64,000 nt of DNA from the human T2T-CHM13v2.0 reference genome, Homo sapiens: NCBI RefSeq assembly GCF_009914755.1, contig NC_060928.1. One strand, 5' to 3'. Positions within the stretch are counted from its first letter, which is position 1. Every line of letters begins with the position of its first letter. A program made the position numbers and the translations under genes. Below the pieces are notes generated by a model that did not search any database, had not been told where the DNA came from, and was given only the letters and a program-made list of their open reading frames with translations. Shown here in pieces: positions 17,364 to 30,009 of the stretch.

Positions 17364-17427
17364 TTTTTTTTTTTTTTTGTCTCTTTTTTTTACTTTGAGA
17401 CGGAGGCGTGAGCCACCGCGTCCGGCC
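17364..17427 (-). mobile_element. Internally deleted mini-Alu inside a MIR
   Basis: Poly-T + gagacggag joined to gcgtgagccaccgcgtccggcc; perfect TSD ggtgttagtctcattt. Confidence 0.9.
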
Positions 17428-17546
17428 GGTGTTAGTCTCATTTGTACCTCTGAGGAAGTCGAAGCTTGCTGCGCCATGACATTAACTAATGATAGAGCCT
17501 GTATTCAAACTCCCTGTGCTTTCAGAGCAGTTAGCTCTCTCCTACA

Positions 17547-17826
17547 CCACTTTTCAAACTTTTCCACTACAATTCACTCTAAAAAATATTACATTGTGAC
17601 CCAAATACACATGCAAACTGAAACAAACCCTTAAAAATATCCTTATGATGTGTGATGCTCTAGTCTGTTCTGTCCTATTCTATTCTATTCTATTCTATTC
17701 TATTCTATTCTATTCTATTCTATTCTATTCTATTCTATTCTATTCTATTCTATTCTATTTAAAAATAAACTAAAATTGATTTTATAATTCATTAATGGGT
17801 TGTGACCTGTATTTTAAAAAACACAG
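17547..17826 (-). mobile_element. hAT-Charlie MITE (MER112-like) containing a (TATTC)n expansion at 17676-17758
   Basis: ctaaaattgatttt..ttaatgggttgtgacctg..aaaaacac; related copies at ~23790 and ~54135. Confidence 0.65.
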
Positions 17827-19069
17827 CGTGCTATTTTCTCTTTACTATGCCACTTCCACTAGTACTTTGGAAGAACTCTTCATGCCATCCAATAGTCCTT
17901 TTTTCAGCTTTGCTCAGATCTTTCATACCAAAATTGAAGGGGATGTTGTCTTGGTCAGCCTTTGGTTATTTAAATTCATAATAGCATATGCAAAACATTG
18001 TAGCAGATTCTTTCTGAGGGCTTAAGGCATTTTAGTCCCTTCCCCCCTCTTTTCTCTCTCTCTTCCTGACCACATCCCTGTGAGGGGGAAGATAGACCCT
18101 TTAAAATTGAACACTGTCATTTTCTGAACTGATGGATGGTTTGTTCTTTGAGGAGACTCCAAGGCCGTGTCTATAAGAGGCAAAAGTAGACAAGTTATCC
18201 ACTGATTTACATTTGGCTTAAAACCTTCTGTGAGTGGGTGTGCTGGGTGGTAGTAGTGGTAGAGTTGGGCTGTGTGTCATTTACCCTGGCAATACTCCAT
18301 GGGATAGGGTGAGCTTGGGTGGCCTGCCATTCCTAACTCATTTCCTGGTGGATACCATGATATACCTATTTTACATTTGAGGAAGTTGAAGCTTGCTGCA
18401 CCGTAACATTAACTAGTGATAGAGTCTGTATTTAGACCTGCATCATCCACGCACAGTCTTCCTTGGGTGATGTATATCATGGCCTTCAATTTCTTAGCTC
18501 TCTGTGGGATTATATTGAGAGCCTAGGAATACCAGGGGTCTGTCAGTGGTTATGTTAGCTTTTGACAATTGTTGGCATTGATTTATCCTTCTGGGTGTTA
18601 GGAAAAGGGTTGAACACTTCATGTGCATTAACTTGTTGAATCCTCACAGCAGCCATGTGATGAGGATGCTATTATATCACTTTGAATTATCATAAAGGCT
18701 AGGCTGGCTTTTGTTTAGTAGGTTATTTGAAGGGTAGAGGAGGGTTGAATTAGAAAATGTGATGACAAAGGAAGTGGTAGAGGTGAGATTTATACACACA
18801 CACACCCACAACACACACATCAAAAATAAAATATTGAATGGTTTGATGTCCAAGTAAAGCATGTCTTGCTTTTTTCTTTTTCTGTCCTTGATCATCTTGG
18901 CTCTGTCATCATCTGTGTCAGCCAACATTATGATAATTTAAATCCTAGAATGTTCTATGCTGGCTTTTCTTATTTAGAAACGATGATTGAAATTGGCTCT
19001 GAGATCTGAGCTTGTTTTGTAATCACTGGCAAACTCAGCTTTCTTGTGGAAGATATTTTAGTCCTTGCT

Positions 19070-19272
19070 GAGCAGTGTTTCTCAAATATTAGCACACACA
19101 AAAGTAATCTAGGAAGCAACTTAAAATGCAGATTCCTGGCCACCAAGATATATTGTGATTTAATAGGTCAGAAGTGAGTCTCTGAAGTCTACCTTTTTAA
19201 CAAATTTTGATTTAACAGTTGGAACCAAGGTGATTCAGGTATAAATTATCTAGGAGCCACATTATAAAAATG
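19070..19272. mobile_element. MER5-like MITE
   Basis: cagtgtttctcaaa..aaaatgcagattcctggc..caaggtgattc. Confidence 0.7.
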
Positions 19273-19368
19273 CTTATTCAACATATTCCCAAAACGTATG
19301 GGGGAATAACCCATATTTGGGGCCTGCCTTTTGCCTCCTTCTTAATATCTATATTTAAAGTGTCTTAG

Positions 19369-19660
<292 letters not shown>

Positions 19661-19785
19661 AATAAAATGAAATTGTTTTAGAAAGGACTTCAAATATGGT
19701 ATTAAAGACAGCAGCAATAATATTTATAATAACCATGGATAAAGAGAGTTCAGCAGTGCTTCAGAACTATCTAAAAGTGTCCTCA

Positions 19786-22712
19786 CAGATACACCCTCCC
19801 AAGACTAAAACAGAAAGAGGTAGAATCCCTGAACAGACCAATAACAAGTTCTAAAATTGAGGCAGTAATTAATAGCCTACCAACCAAAAAAAGCCCAGGA
19901 CCAGATGGATTCACAGCAGAATTCTACCAGAGGTACAAAGAGGAGCTAGTATCATTCCTTCTGAAACTTTTCCAAACACTAGAAAAAGAGAGAATCCTTC
20001 CTAACTCATTTTATGAGGCCAGCATCAACCTGATACCAAAACCTGGCAGAGACAAAACAAAAAAAGAAAATTTCAGGCCAAATCCCTGATGAACATTGAT
20101 GCGAAAATCCTCAATAAAATACTGGCAAACCGAATCCAGCAGCACATCAAAAAGCTTATCCACCATGATCAAGTCAGCTTCATCCCTGGGATGCAAGGCT
20201 GGTTCAACATATGAAAATCAATAAATGTAATCCGTCACATAAACAGAACCAATGAAAAAAACCACATGATTATCTCCATAGATGCAGAAAAGGCCTTCGA
20301 CAAAATTCAACAGCACTTCATGCTAAAAACTCTCAATAAACTAAGTATTGATGGAACGTATCTCAAAATAATAAGAACTATTTATGACAAACCCATAGCC
20401 AATATCGTACTGAATGGGCAAAAGCTGGAAGCATTCCCTTTGAAAACCAGAACAAGACAAAGACACCCTCTCTCACTACTCCTATTCAACATTGTATTGG
20501 AAGTTCTGGCCAGGGCAATCAGGCAAGAGAAAGAAATAACGGGTATTCAAATAGGAAGAGAGAAAGTCAAATTATCTCTGTTTGCAGACAATATGATCGT
20601 ATATTTAGAAAACCCCATTGTCTCGCCCCAAAACTCCTTAAGCTGATAAGCAACTTCAGCAAAGTCTCAGGATACAAAATCAATGTGCAAAAATCACAAG
20701 CATTCCTATACACCAATAATAGACAAGCAGAGAGCCAAATCATGAGTGAACTCCCATTCACAATTGCTACAAGGAAAATAAAATACCTAGGAATCCAACT
20801 TACAAAGGATGTGAAGGACCTCTTCAAGGAGAACTACAAACCACTGCTCAAGGAAATAAGAGAGGACACTAAAAAATGGAAAAAATTCCATGCTTATGGA
20901 TAGGAAGAATCAATAGTGTGAAAATGGCCATACTGTCCAAAGTAATTTATACATTCAATGCTATTCCCATCAAGCTACCATTGACTTTCTTCACAGAACT
21001 AGAGAAAAGAACTTTAAATTCCATATGGAACCAAAAAAGTGGCCATATAGCCATGACAATCCTAAGCAAAAAAAAAAAAAAAAAAAGCAAAGCTGGAGGC
21101 ATCACGCTATGCTACCTGACTTCAAACTATACTATACTATACTATACTATACTATACTGTACTGTACTGTACTGTACTGTACTGTACTGTGCTGCGCTGC
21201 GCTGCGCTACGCTACACTACACTGCACTGCACTACACTACACTACACTACACTACACTACACTACACTACACTACACTACAAGGCCGCAGTAACCAAAAC
21301 AGCATTGTACGCACTAACCAAAACAGATATATAGACCAATGGAGTACAACAGAGGCCTCAGAAATAGCACCACACATCTGCAATAATCTGGTCTTTGACA
21401 AACCTGACAAAAACAAGCAATGGGGAAAGGATTCCCTATTTAATAAATGATGTTGGGAAAACTGGTTAGCCATATACAGAAAATAGAAACTGGACCCCTT
21501 CCTTACACCTTACACAAAAATTAATTCAAGATGGATTAAAGATTTAAATTTTAAACCTAAAACCATAAAAACCCTAGAAGAAAACCTAGGCAATACCATT
21601 CAGCACATAGGCATGGGCAAAGACTTCAAGACTAAAACACCAAAAGCAATGGCAACAAAAGCCAAAATAGACAAATGGGATCTAATTAAACTAAAGAGCT
21701 TCTGCACAGCAAAAGAAACTATCATCAGAGTGAACATGCAACCTACAGAATGGGAGAAAATTTTTGCAATCTATCCGTCTGACAAAGGGCTAATATCCGG
21801 AATCTGCAACGAACTGATACAAGTTTACAAGAAAAAAACAACCCCATCAAAAAGTGGGTGAAGGATATGAACAGACACTTCTCAAAAGAAGACATTTATG
21901 TGGCCAACAAACATGAAAAAAAGCTCATCATCACTGGTATTTAGAGAAATGCAAATCAAAACCACAATGAGATACCATCTCACGCCAGTTAGAATGGCGA
22001 TCATTAAAAAGTCAGGAAACAACAGATACTGGTGAGGATTTGCGGAAATAGAAACACTTTTCCACTGTTAGTGGGAGTGTAAATTAGTTCAACCATTGTG
22101 GAAGACTGTGGCGATTCCTCAAGGATCTAGAACTAGAAATAACATTTGACCCAGCAATCTTATTACTGGGTATATAACCAAAGGATTATAAATAATTCTA
22201 CTTTAAAGACACATGCACACATATGTTTACTGCAGCACTAATTACAATAGCAAAGACTTGGAACCAACCCAAATGCCCATCAATGAAAGACTGGATAAAG
22301 AAAATGTGGAACATATACACCATGGAATACTATGCAGCCATAAAAAAGAATGAGTTCATATCCTTTGCAGCGACGTAGATGAAGCTGGAAACCATCATTC
22401 TCAGCAAACTAACATAGGAACAGAAAACCAATCACCGCATGTTCTCACTCATAAGTGGGAGTTGAACAATGAGAACACATGAACATAGGAAGGGGAACAT
22501 CACACACTGGGGCCTGTTGGTGGGTGGGGGGAAAGGAGAGGGAGAGCCCTAGGACAAATACCTAATGCATGTGGGGCCTAAAACCCAGATGACAGGTTGA
22601 TAGGTGCAGCAAACCACCATGGCACATGTATACCTATGTAACAAACCTGCACATTCAGCACATGTATCCCAGAAATTAAAGTAAAATAAAAAAATAAATA
22701 AATAAAATAAAA
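19786..22712 (+). mobile_element. 5'-truncated L1PA (~2.9 kb, degraded ORF2 RT/C-terminus plus 3'UTR)
   Basis: [15 protein letters not shown] and [13 protein letters not shown] motifs; frameshifts; TSD taaaagYgtcctca (19772-19785 / 22708-22721). Confidence 0.97.
21126..21280 (+). repeat. Compound pentanucleotide array (RCTRY)31 inside L1 ORF2
   Basis: (ACTAT)6(ACTGT)7(GCTGC)3(GCTAC)2(ACTAC)(ACTGC)2(ACTAC)10. Confidence 0.97.
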
Positions 22713-22791
22713 GCGTCCTCAGCCAGACCTACTCAATCAAGACACTGATCCCTTGCACAAATGTCCCTATTGATATGTAGGCTTTTCTGCC

Positions 22792-23200
22792 TGTGACAGA
22801 GATTATTAGTGCTCATCCATAACTGAGTGCTCCTCCACATTTCCCAGCTTCTCTTGGAGTTGGGTTGGCCTGTGACTGGGTTCTGACCATCAAAATATGG
22901 ACAAAAGTAAAGAACCACTTCCAGGCCTGATCTCTACATTATCCAGCATAGTCTTTTATGCGATGTGTCTTCTGTTCTCCATCTTTCATGTATGTGATGC
23001 CAGGGTGGCCTCGAAGCTGCAGGATGGTGGACCGACAAGATGGAAACAGCCTGGGCCCCAGAGTCACTGACTAAGGAGAGCTACCTGGGTCTCTATTGAA
23101 TTATGACAAGAGCAATAATAAGCCTTTATTATACTATAAGCCACTGAAATTTTGGGGCTTATTTTTCTTGGCTTCATAGTCTATCCTTACAGTGTTACTA
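22792..23200 (+). mobile_element. MLT1G/H-like LTR
   Basis: ccacatttcccagcttctctt..tgtgactgggttctgacca..aagccactgaaattttgggg. Confidence 0.7.
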
Positions 23201-23789
23201 ACAACTAATTAATAATCATAATAGACATTCTTCCTTTACTATAGCAGAACAGACTAATTGTAACTGAATCCCCCAGTGGGCCGATAACCCATCAGGATGA
23301 AGCCTGAGCAATCCTGCCGTTGCCCCTTCAAACCAATAGCCCACACAGGACCATTGCAGTCAAACATTTGCTGAAAAGCGCTAAAAGACGGTCTTGTTTC
23401 ACATGCAAGGAATAATTACCCACTTTTTCATCTGTGAAAATTTTCTGGCCTTCTTGCATCAAACTGGATCCCAAAACAAACTTTTTTCCTTCATCTCCAG
23501 AAGATTATCAACTCCGTCAAATGTCAGAAAGAGAAATGGTGTTCATGAATTAAATGATTCTTATATTCAACAGCTGGTACATATTCAAAAGGAAAATACA
23601 AAGTAACATGGCATCTAAAGGATCAAAAATAATAAAAACCTAAGAACTTACTGCTCTCATTCTTAAAATTTCTTAAGAAGGCAGTCATAAAACTTGGCCC
23701 ATTATTTTTTCTATAACCTTTTAACACTGATTTTATTTTCTAACCTGAGAAAAATTTTTTCTTTCTGTGTGTGTTGGAGTATCTCAATG

Positions 23790-25485
23790 TTTTCCAGTTG
23801 CACATCATGACCTATTAATGGGTCCTAAAACCAATTTAGGGAGTTGAAACTGCTACAATCAGCATTAAAAAGAGAAACATAATATAAATTATCAATGTGT
23901 GTCACACAGTAATGGTATTACATTTCATGAAAATTGTTGCTGATGCACACACACAGACACACACACAGAGTTGATTCTTGTTACTAAGAAATTATGGTCC
24001 GTAAAGTTGCCTTGAACACTGAATTAACTAATACCGAGGAAATACAGAGTTAGGGTCCTACAAGCCTCTAGTTATGACATTTGTGTAAGTTAGAAACCAT
24101 CCTTATAAACTTTATAAAATTAATCAGGGAAGAAGAGAGTGGGAAATGAAAATAAGCTAAGCTTGCAGCACATTCAGCATTAACCATGAGGTCATCTTGC
24201 TCTCTGATCTATTTTTCATTTGAGTTATTCTTCCAGTCCTGCATACCAATGAAACTACTGATGTCAGCTGGTCTGAAGGACTCCACAGAAGCTGACTCAG
24301 TAAAGAATGTGATTTCCACATACTGATGATTTCATCCCCCTTACCCCAACCAATCAATGACCCCAATTTTCCTTCCACAATCTCTTTAAAAATCCTAGCC
24401 CAGAACTCCTCAGGGAGATGAATTTCAGGGTCTCATTCCATCTCCACATTCAGCACCCTGTGATCATTGAACTCTTTCTCTGCTGCAGATGCTGCTGTCT
24501 CAGTGTAACTTGTCTGTTACTCAGTGTAATTGGTCTGTTGCTGTCACAGGGGGCATGTGAACCTATTGGTCTTATAGTAAATTGGTCAGTATATAATCTT
24601 GTTTTATGTCTGTTCTTTTTAAAGACACCTTATTTAATATATATGTGTATATATCATATATATATATATATAGTTGATTCATTAACATTGAACTCACTCA
24701 CATAGCACTATAACTCATGCCTGAATGAAGCTCATCTAACAAGTCTATGTTTTTCTGTGAGGCACATCACAGCCTTCTTGTGCTTTTAAACACTAGACAG
24801 TATTTTAGCACTATGTTTTGGGGCCACTTCAGACAGGGAAATCACCAAAAAAAATGAAAGAAAGAAAGAAAGAAAGAAAAAAGCCAAAACAAAGAAAGTG
24901 GTATTAAATAAACTGCAAAAAGGACACTTGTTTACCATAGGAGAACTAGAAACCAGAAGGCTGAGTGTTACCTTGCTTGACCTTAGTTGGGAACATCCAC
25001 GTAGGGCTACTCAAATTTTTTGCTGCTCTGCACATGAGAATATTCCTGACTTACCACAAAATCTTTGCAAGTATTTTGGATTACAAGTAAATGTTAACAA
25101 GTAGGCAGATGAGCAAATATGGAATCTGTGAATAGTGAGGATTGACTATATGTATATGTATATATACGGCTAGCCTTCCATATCCATGGTTTTAGCATCC
25201 GTGGATGCAACCAACTGTGATAGAAAATGTTTGGAATAAAATTTAAAAATACAACAATAACAAAGAATAGAAATTAAAAAATACAGAATAACAACGATTT
25301 ACATAACATTTACATTGTATTAGGTGTTATAAGTCATCTAGAGATGATTTAAATTACACTGGAGGATGTACATAGGTTATATGCATATACTATATCATTT
25401 TTGCATACAGGACATGAGCATCCACAGATTTTGGTATCTTTGGGTGGTCCTGGAATCAATCCTCAGAGGATAGCGAGGGATAACC

Positions 25486-25534
<49 letters not shown>

Positions 25535-25607
25535 ATATTGGATTGTGACATAAAATGTATTTCTTACTGTGTCCTATGATTTAAAAAAAAGTTGGAAAAG
25601 CACTACT
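23790..25607. mobile_element. Nested DNA transposons: MER112-like host, MER82-like (23967-25150) containing an ERV1 solo LTR (~24085-24578), and Tigger3a/MER7-like (25166-25488)
   Basis: Recognisable termini of each element; host resumes after (CA)n at 25489-25532. Confidence 0.7.
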
Positions 25608-25914
25608 GTAATGTTTCCATTTTTATCTTATTTTCCTAAGTCCTTTTCTTTGTCTAAAAATTTTTATGAATTAGTGTATTGTTTTGCATGTAGGGACAAT
25701 AAACTCTTCCTAGTCTTGGAAAAATTATGAGAAATAATGTTCTAACTGCTTCAGGAAGCTTGATTTTATATTTCTGTTCTGATTGTGTGCCATACTGATG
25801 CCAGTTGAAAATCAGTGAAAACCTTTTCAGATTAATTTATTTTCTTTTAATGTCTTTCCTCTCAAAGCTATTGGATACTGAGAGGTTGACTTATCTAAAA
25901 GCAGAATGACTGAT

Positions 25915-27978
25915 AAATGAATTCAGTAAAGTTTCAGCTTACAAAATCCACATACAAAAATCAGTAGCATTTCTATACACCAACAATGAATTAGCTAAAA
26001 AGGAAATCAAGATGGCAATCCCATTTACAATAGCTACAAAGAAATAAAATACCGAGGAATAAATTTAACCAAGAAGGTGAAAGACCTCTACAGAGAAAAC
26101 TATAAAACACTGATGAAAGAAATTGCAAAGGACACAAACAGATGGAAAGTCATCCCATATTCATGAATTGGAAGAATTAATATTGTGAAATTACGATACT
26201 ACCCAAGACAATCTACAGATTCAATGCAATCCCTATCAAAATACCAATAACATTCTTGATTTTTAAAATTTTATTTCTTTAAATTTTATCTTTACTACAC
26301 TGAACCGGCAAGATTCTTCACAGAAAGAAATAGAAAAAAAAATCCTAAAATTTGTATGGAACCAGAAAAGACCAAAAATAGACAAAGCAATCCTGAGCAA
26401 AAGGAACAAAGCTGGAAGCATCATACTACCTGACTTCAAAATATACTACATAGCTATAGTAACCAAAACAACCTGGTATTATTATAAAAAGACACATAGG
26501 CCAATGGAACAGAATAGGGAACCTAAAAATAAATCTACATATTTACAGCTAACTGATTTTTGACAAAGTTGCCAAGGACATACATTGGGAAAAGGACACC
26601 CTCTTTAATAAATATGCTGGGAAAACTGAATATCTATATGCAGAAAAATGAAACTAGACTACTTTCTCTCACTCCATAAAAAATCAACTCAAAATGAATT
26701 AAATACTTAAATGTAAGAACTGAAACTATAAAACTCCTAGAAGAAAACATAGGAGAAATGCTTCAGGACATCATTGGTCTAGGCAAAAACTTTAAGACAT
26801 CAAAATCACAGCCAACAAAAACAGAAATAGACAAATAAGACTATATTAAACTCAAAAAACTTCTGCACAGCAAAGGAAACAATCAACAGAGTGAAGAGAC
26901 AACCTGTTGAATGGGAGAAAATACTTGCAAACTGTTCATCTGACAAGGGACTCATATCTAGAATATACAAAGAACTCGAAAGACTCAACAGCAAAAATCC
27001 AAACAATTCCATTAAAATGTGGGCAAAGGATCATCTGAACAGACATTTCTCAGAAGACAAACAGATGGCCAACGGATATATGAAAACATGCTCAACATCA
27101 CTAATCATCAGAGAAATGCAAATCACAAGCACAATAAGATATCATCTTACCCCAGTTAGAACTGCTATTATTAAAAGGTAAAAAATAAGTACTGCTGACA
27201 AGGATGTGGAGAAAAGAGAACTCTTATACACAGTGGAAATATATTAGTACAGCCATTATGGAAAACAGTACAAAAGTTTCTCAAAACACTAAAAATAGAA
27301 CTACCATGTGATCCAGAATCTCACTACTGGGTATTTATCCAAGGGAAAAGAAATCAGTGTATCAAAGGGATACCTGCACCCTCACATTTATTGCAGCACT
27401 ATTCACAATAGCCAAGATATGGAATCAACCTAAATGCCCATCAATGGATGAATGGATTTAAAAATGTGTTATATGTATGAAATGGAATACTACTTAGCCA
27501 TAAAAAAGAATGGATTCCTGTCATTTGCAGCAAAATGGATGAAAGTGGAGGTCATTATGTTAAGTGAAATAAGCCAGATGCAGAAAGACAAATATCATAT
27601 GTTCTCACTCACATGTGGAAACTGAAAAGTTTGATCACATGGAGATAGAGCAGAGAATGATAGTTGCCAGACACTGGGAAGGGTGGGATGTAGGGGATGA
27701 AGAGAGATTAGTTAATGAGTTAACATAAAACTACACAGAAGGAAAATGTTCTGTGTATCACCTTACTGATAGCACAGTAGGGTGACTATAGTTAGCAGCA
27801 GTATATTACATATATTGAAATAGCCAGAAGACTTTAAATGTTCCCAACACAAAAAGTGACAAATGTTCAAGGCAATGTATATCCTAAATACCCTGATTTG
27901 ATCATTACACACTGTATGCAAGCATGAAACTGTCACATGTACCCCATAAATGTGTACAAATATTATGTATCAATAAAA
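25915..27978 (+). mobile_element. L1MA-type 3' portion
   Basis: ORF2 remnants ([12 protein letters not shown]) and L1MA 3'UTR ending tatgtatcaataaaa; imperfect TSD gcagaatRaYtgat. Confidence 0.9.
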
Positions 27979-28640
27979 GGGCAGAATAATTGATGGTTTT
28001 ATATAAAGCTCTTCAGGGAATGAAATTATTTCACAAGGTAGCAGCCATGAATAGTGCTGTAATAATTATTCATTTCAAGTTGGAATTTCTTTTCCTGCTC
28101 ATAAATAATGTTCCTTTTAAGAACAGTCTTGACACGTAAAGGTCTATTTTTTTCTGCAATTCTTTCTTTAATGCATTCAACAATGTTCTTTAAGGATTGA
28201 AGTACTTCAATAACACTGGTAGCTCTTTCAATCTGAATAATCATATTGTTAAAGAGATATTGACAAGAATGATTAAAAAATAAATAAGCCTCATTCAATG
28301 GATTAGTTAAGAAGTCAACAAAAATTTGGGGAGTCTTTTCTTTAGAATTAAAATATGATTTATTTAAATGCTTCAGATAACCTGGGGATTCTCTCAAATG
28401 CCTTTGTTCAAGAGACCCAATGGGTTTCTGAATGCAAGAGAATTGAAGACTGCTGCAGGCCAACAGAATCACAAAAATTTTTTAATCACCCTGAACAGTG
28501 TAAATGCTGAAGTAGGGGAATAATTTTATGGCAATGACTTCGATGTCTATAGAAAGAACATTAAGCACAGTTTCAACAGCATTATTTGGAATATAGTCAG
28601 ACAGTCAATGCCTTCTATTCATGTTTTGCTTCGACTTTGA

Positions 28641-28947
<307 letters not shown>

Positions 28948-29167
28948 ACATTATCTGCACTTTTATGCAAATATCCATAATATGAATACAAATATCAAAA
29001 TTTGTGTCAAAATTTTTATTCATATTATCACCACAAAAAGAAGTACGATTTTTCTTATTAATTCTTAACTTAGTAAATAATAGAGGCTTTGCGAAAATTT
29101 GCTTTAAATTTTCAAGTCTCATCTGGAAGAGATGTTACAGTAATCTTAAAAGTAACTCTTTTTATTC

Positions 29168-29285
29168 CGTGTATACTGCTTGGGAGATGGGTGCACCAAA
29201 ATCTCACAAATCACCACTAAAGAACTTACTCATGTAACCAAACACCACCTATTCCCCCAAAACCTATGGAAATAAAAAAAAAAAA
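29168..29285 (+). mobile_element. Very short L1PB 3' end
   Basis: caccactaaagaacttactcatgtaacc..poly-A; TSD aaaagtaacYctttt. Confidence 0.85.
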
Positions 29286-29566
29286 GTAACCCTTTTTCAT
29301 ATGACAAATATTGCACAAGCAAAGGGAACATGTTTTTCACTTTATAATTACTTGCATTCTTAGCTATATTGTAAAAATTTAAGGCATTAGGTCTTCAATA
29401 AGCTCTGTAACAGAAAATGGAACTATTACATTTTAAAAATTATTGCAGTATCTTTCATCCTGGCACTTGATAATTTTTTCTGGAGGTGGAGGAGGGAGGG
29501 TTGAATCAGAAAACTTGACAGAGGATGATATTCCAATACCAGCCATTCCAGGAACTGGTTTTATTT

Positions 29567-29980
29567 ATTTTTTTAATTATTAGGGGTACATGATAGTTGA
29601 ATATATTTATGGGGTACATATGGTGTTTTGATACAGGCATACAATGGGTAATAATCAAATCAGGGTAATTGAGGTATCTATTACCTCAAGCATCTATTAT
29701 TTCTTTGTATTAAGAATACTCCAATTCTACTCTTTTAGCTATTTTAAAATACACAATATATTTTTGCTACTTATAGTCACCTTATTGTGTTACTAAATAT
29801 TAGATCTTATTCGTTCTAATTGTATTTGTGTGCCCACTAACCAATCTCCCTTTTATTCCTCCTCTTGACTACCCTTCCCAGCCTCTGGCCATCATTATTC
29901 CACTCTCTACCTCTATGAGTGAAAATATGAAATATTTGTCTTTCTGTACCTGGATTATTTCACTTAACATAATGTCTTCT
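29567..29980 (-). mobile_element. L1MA 3' end
   Basis: L1MA 3'UTR; perfect TSD ggaactggttttattt (29551-29566 / 29981-29996). Confidence 0.88.
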
Positions 29981-30009
29981 GGAACTGGTTTTATTTTTGC
30001 CTCTACTTT

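Noticed and set aside
20266-21861. Reverse-transcriptase-like ORFs as an active RT system
   Set aside because: Frameshifted, 5'-truncated L1 ORF2 interrupted by a microsatellite.
28026-28472. 148-aa ORF as a domesticated ZBED-like gene
   Set aside because: It starts at a non-ATG codon, changes frame relative to neighbouring transposase motifs, and is surrounded by stops and insertions.
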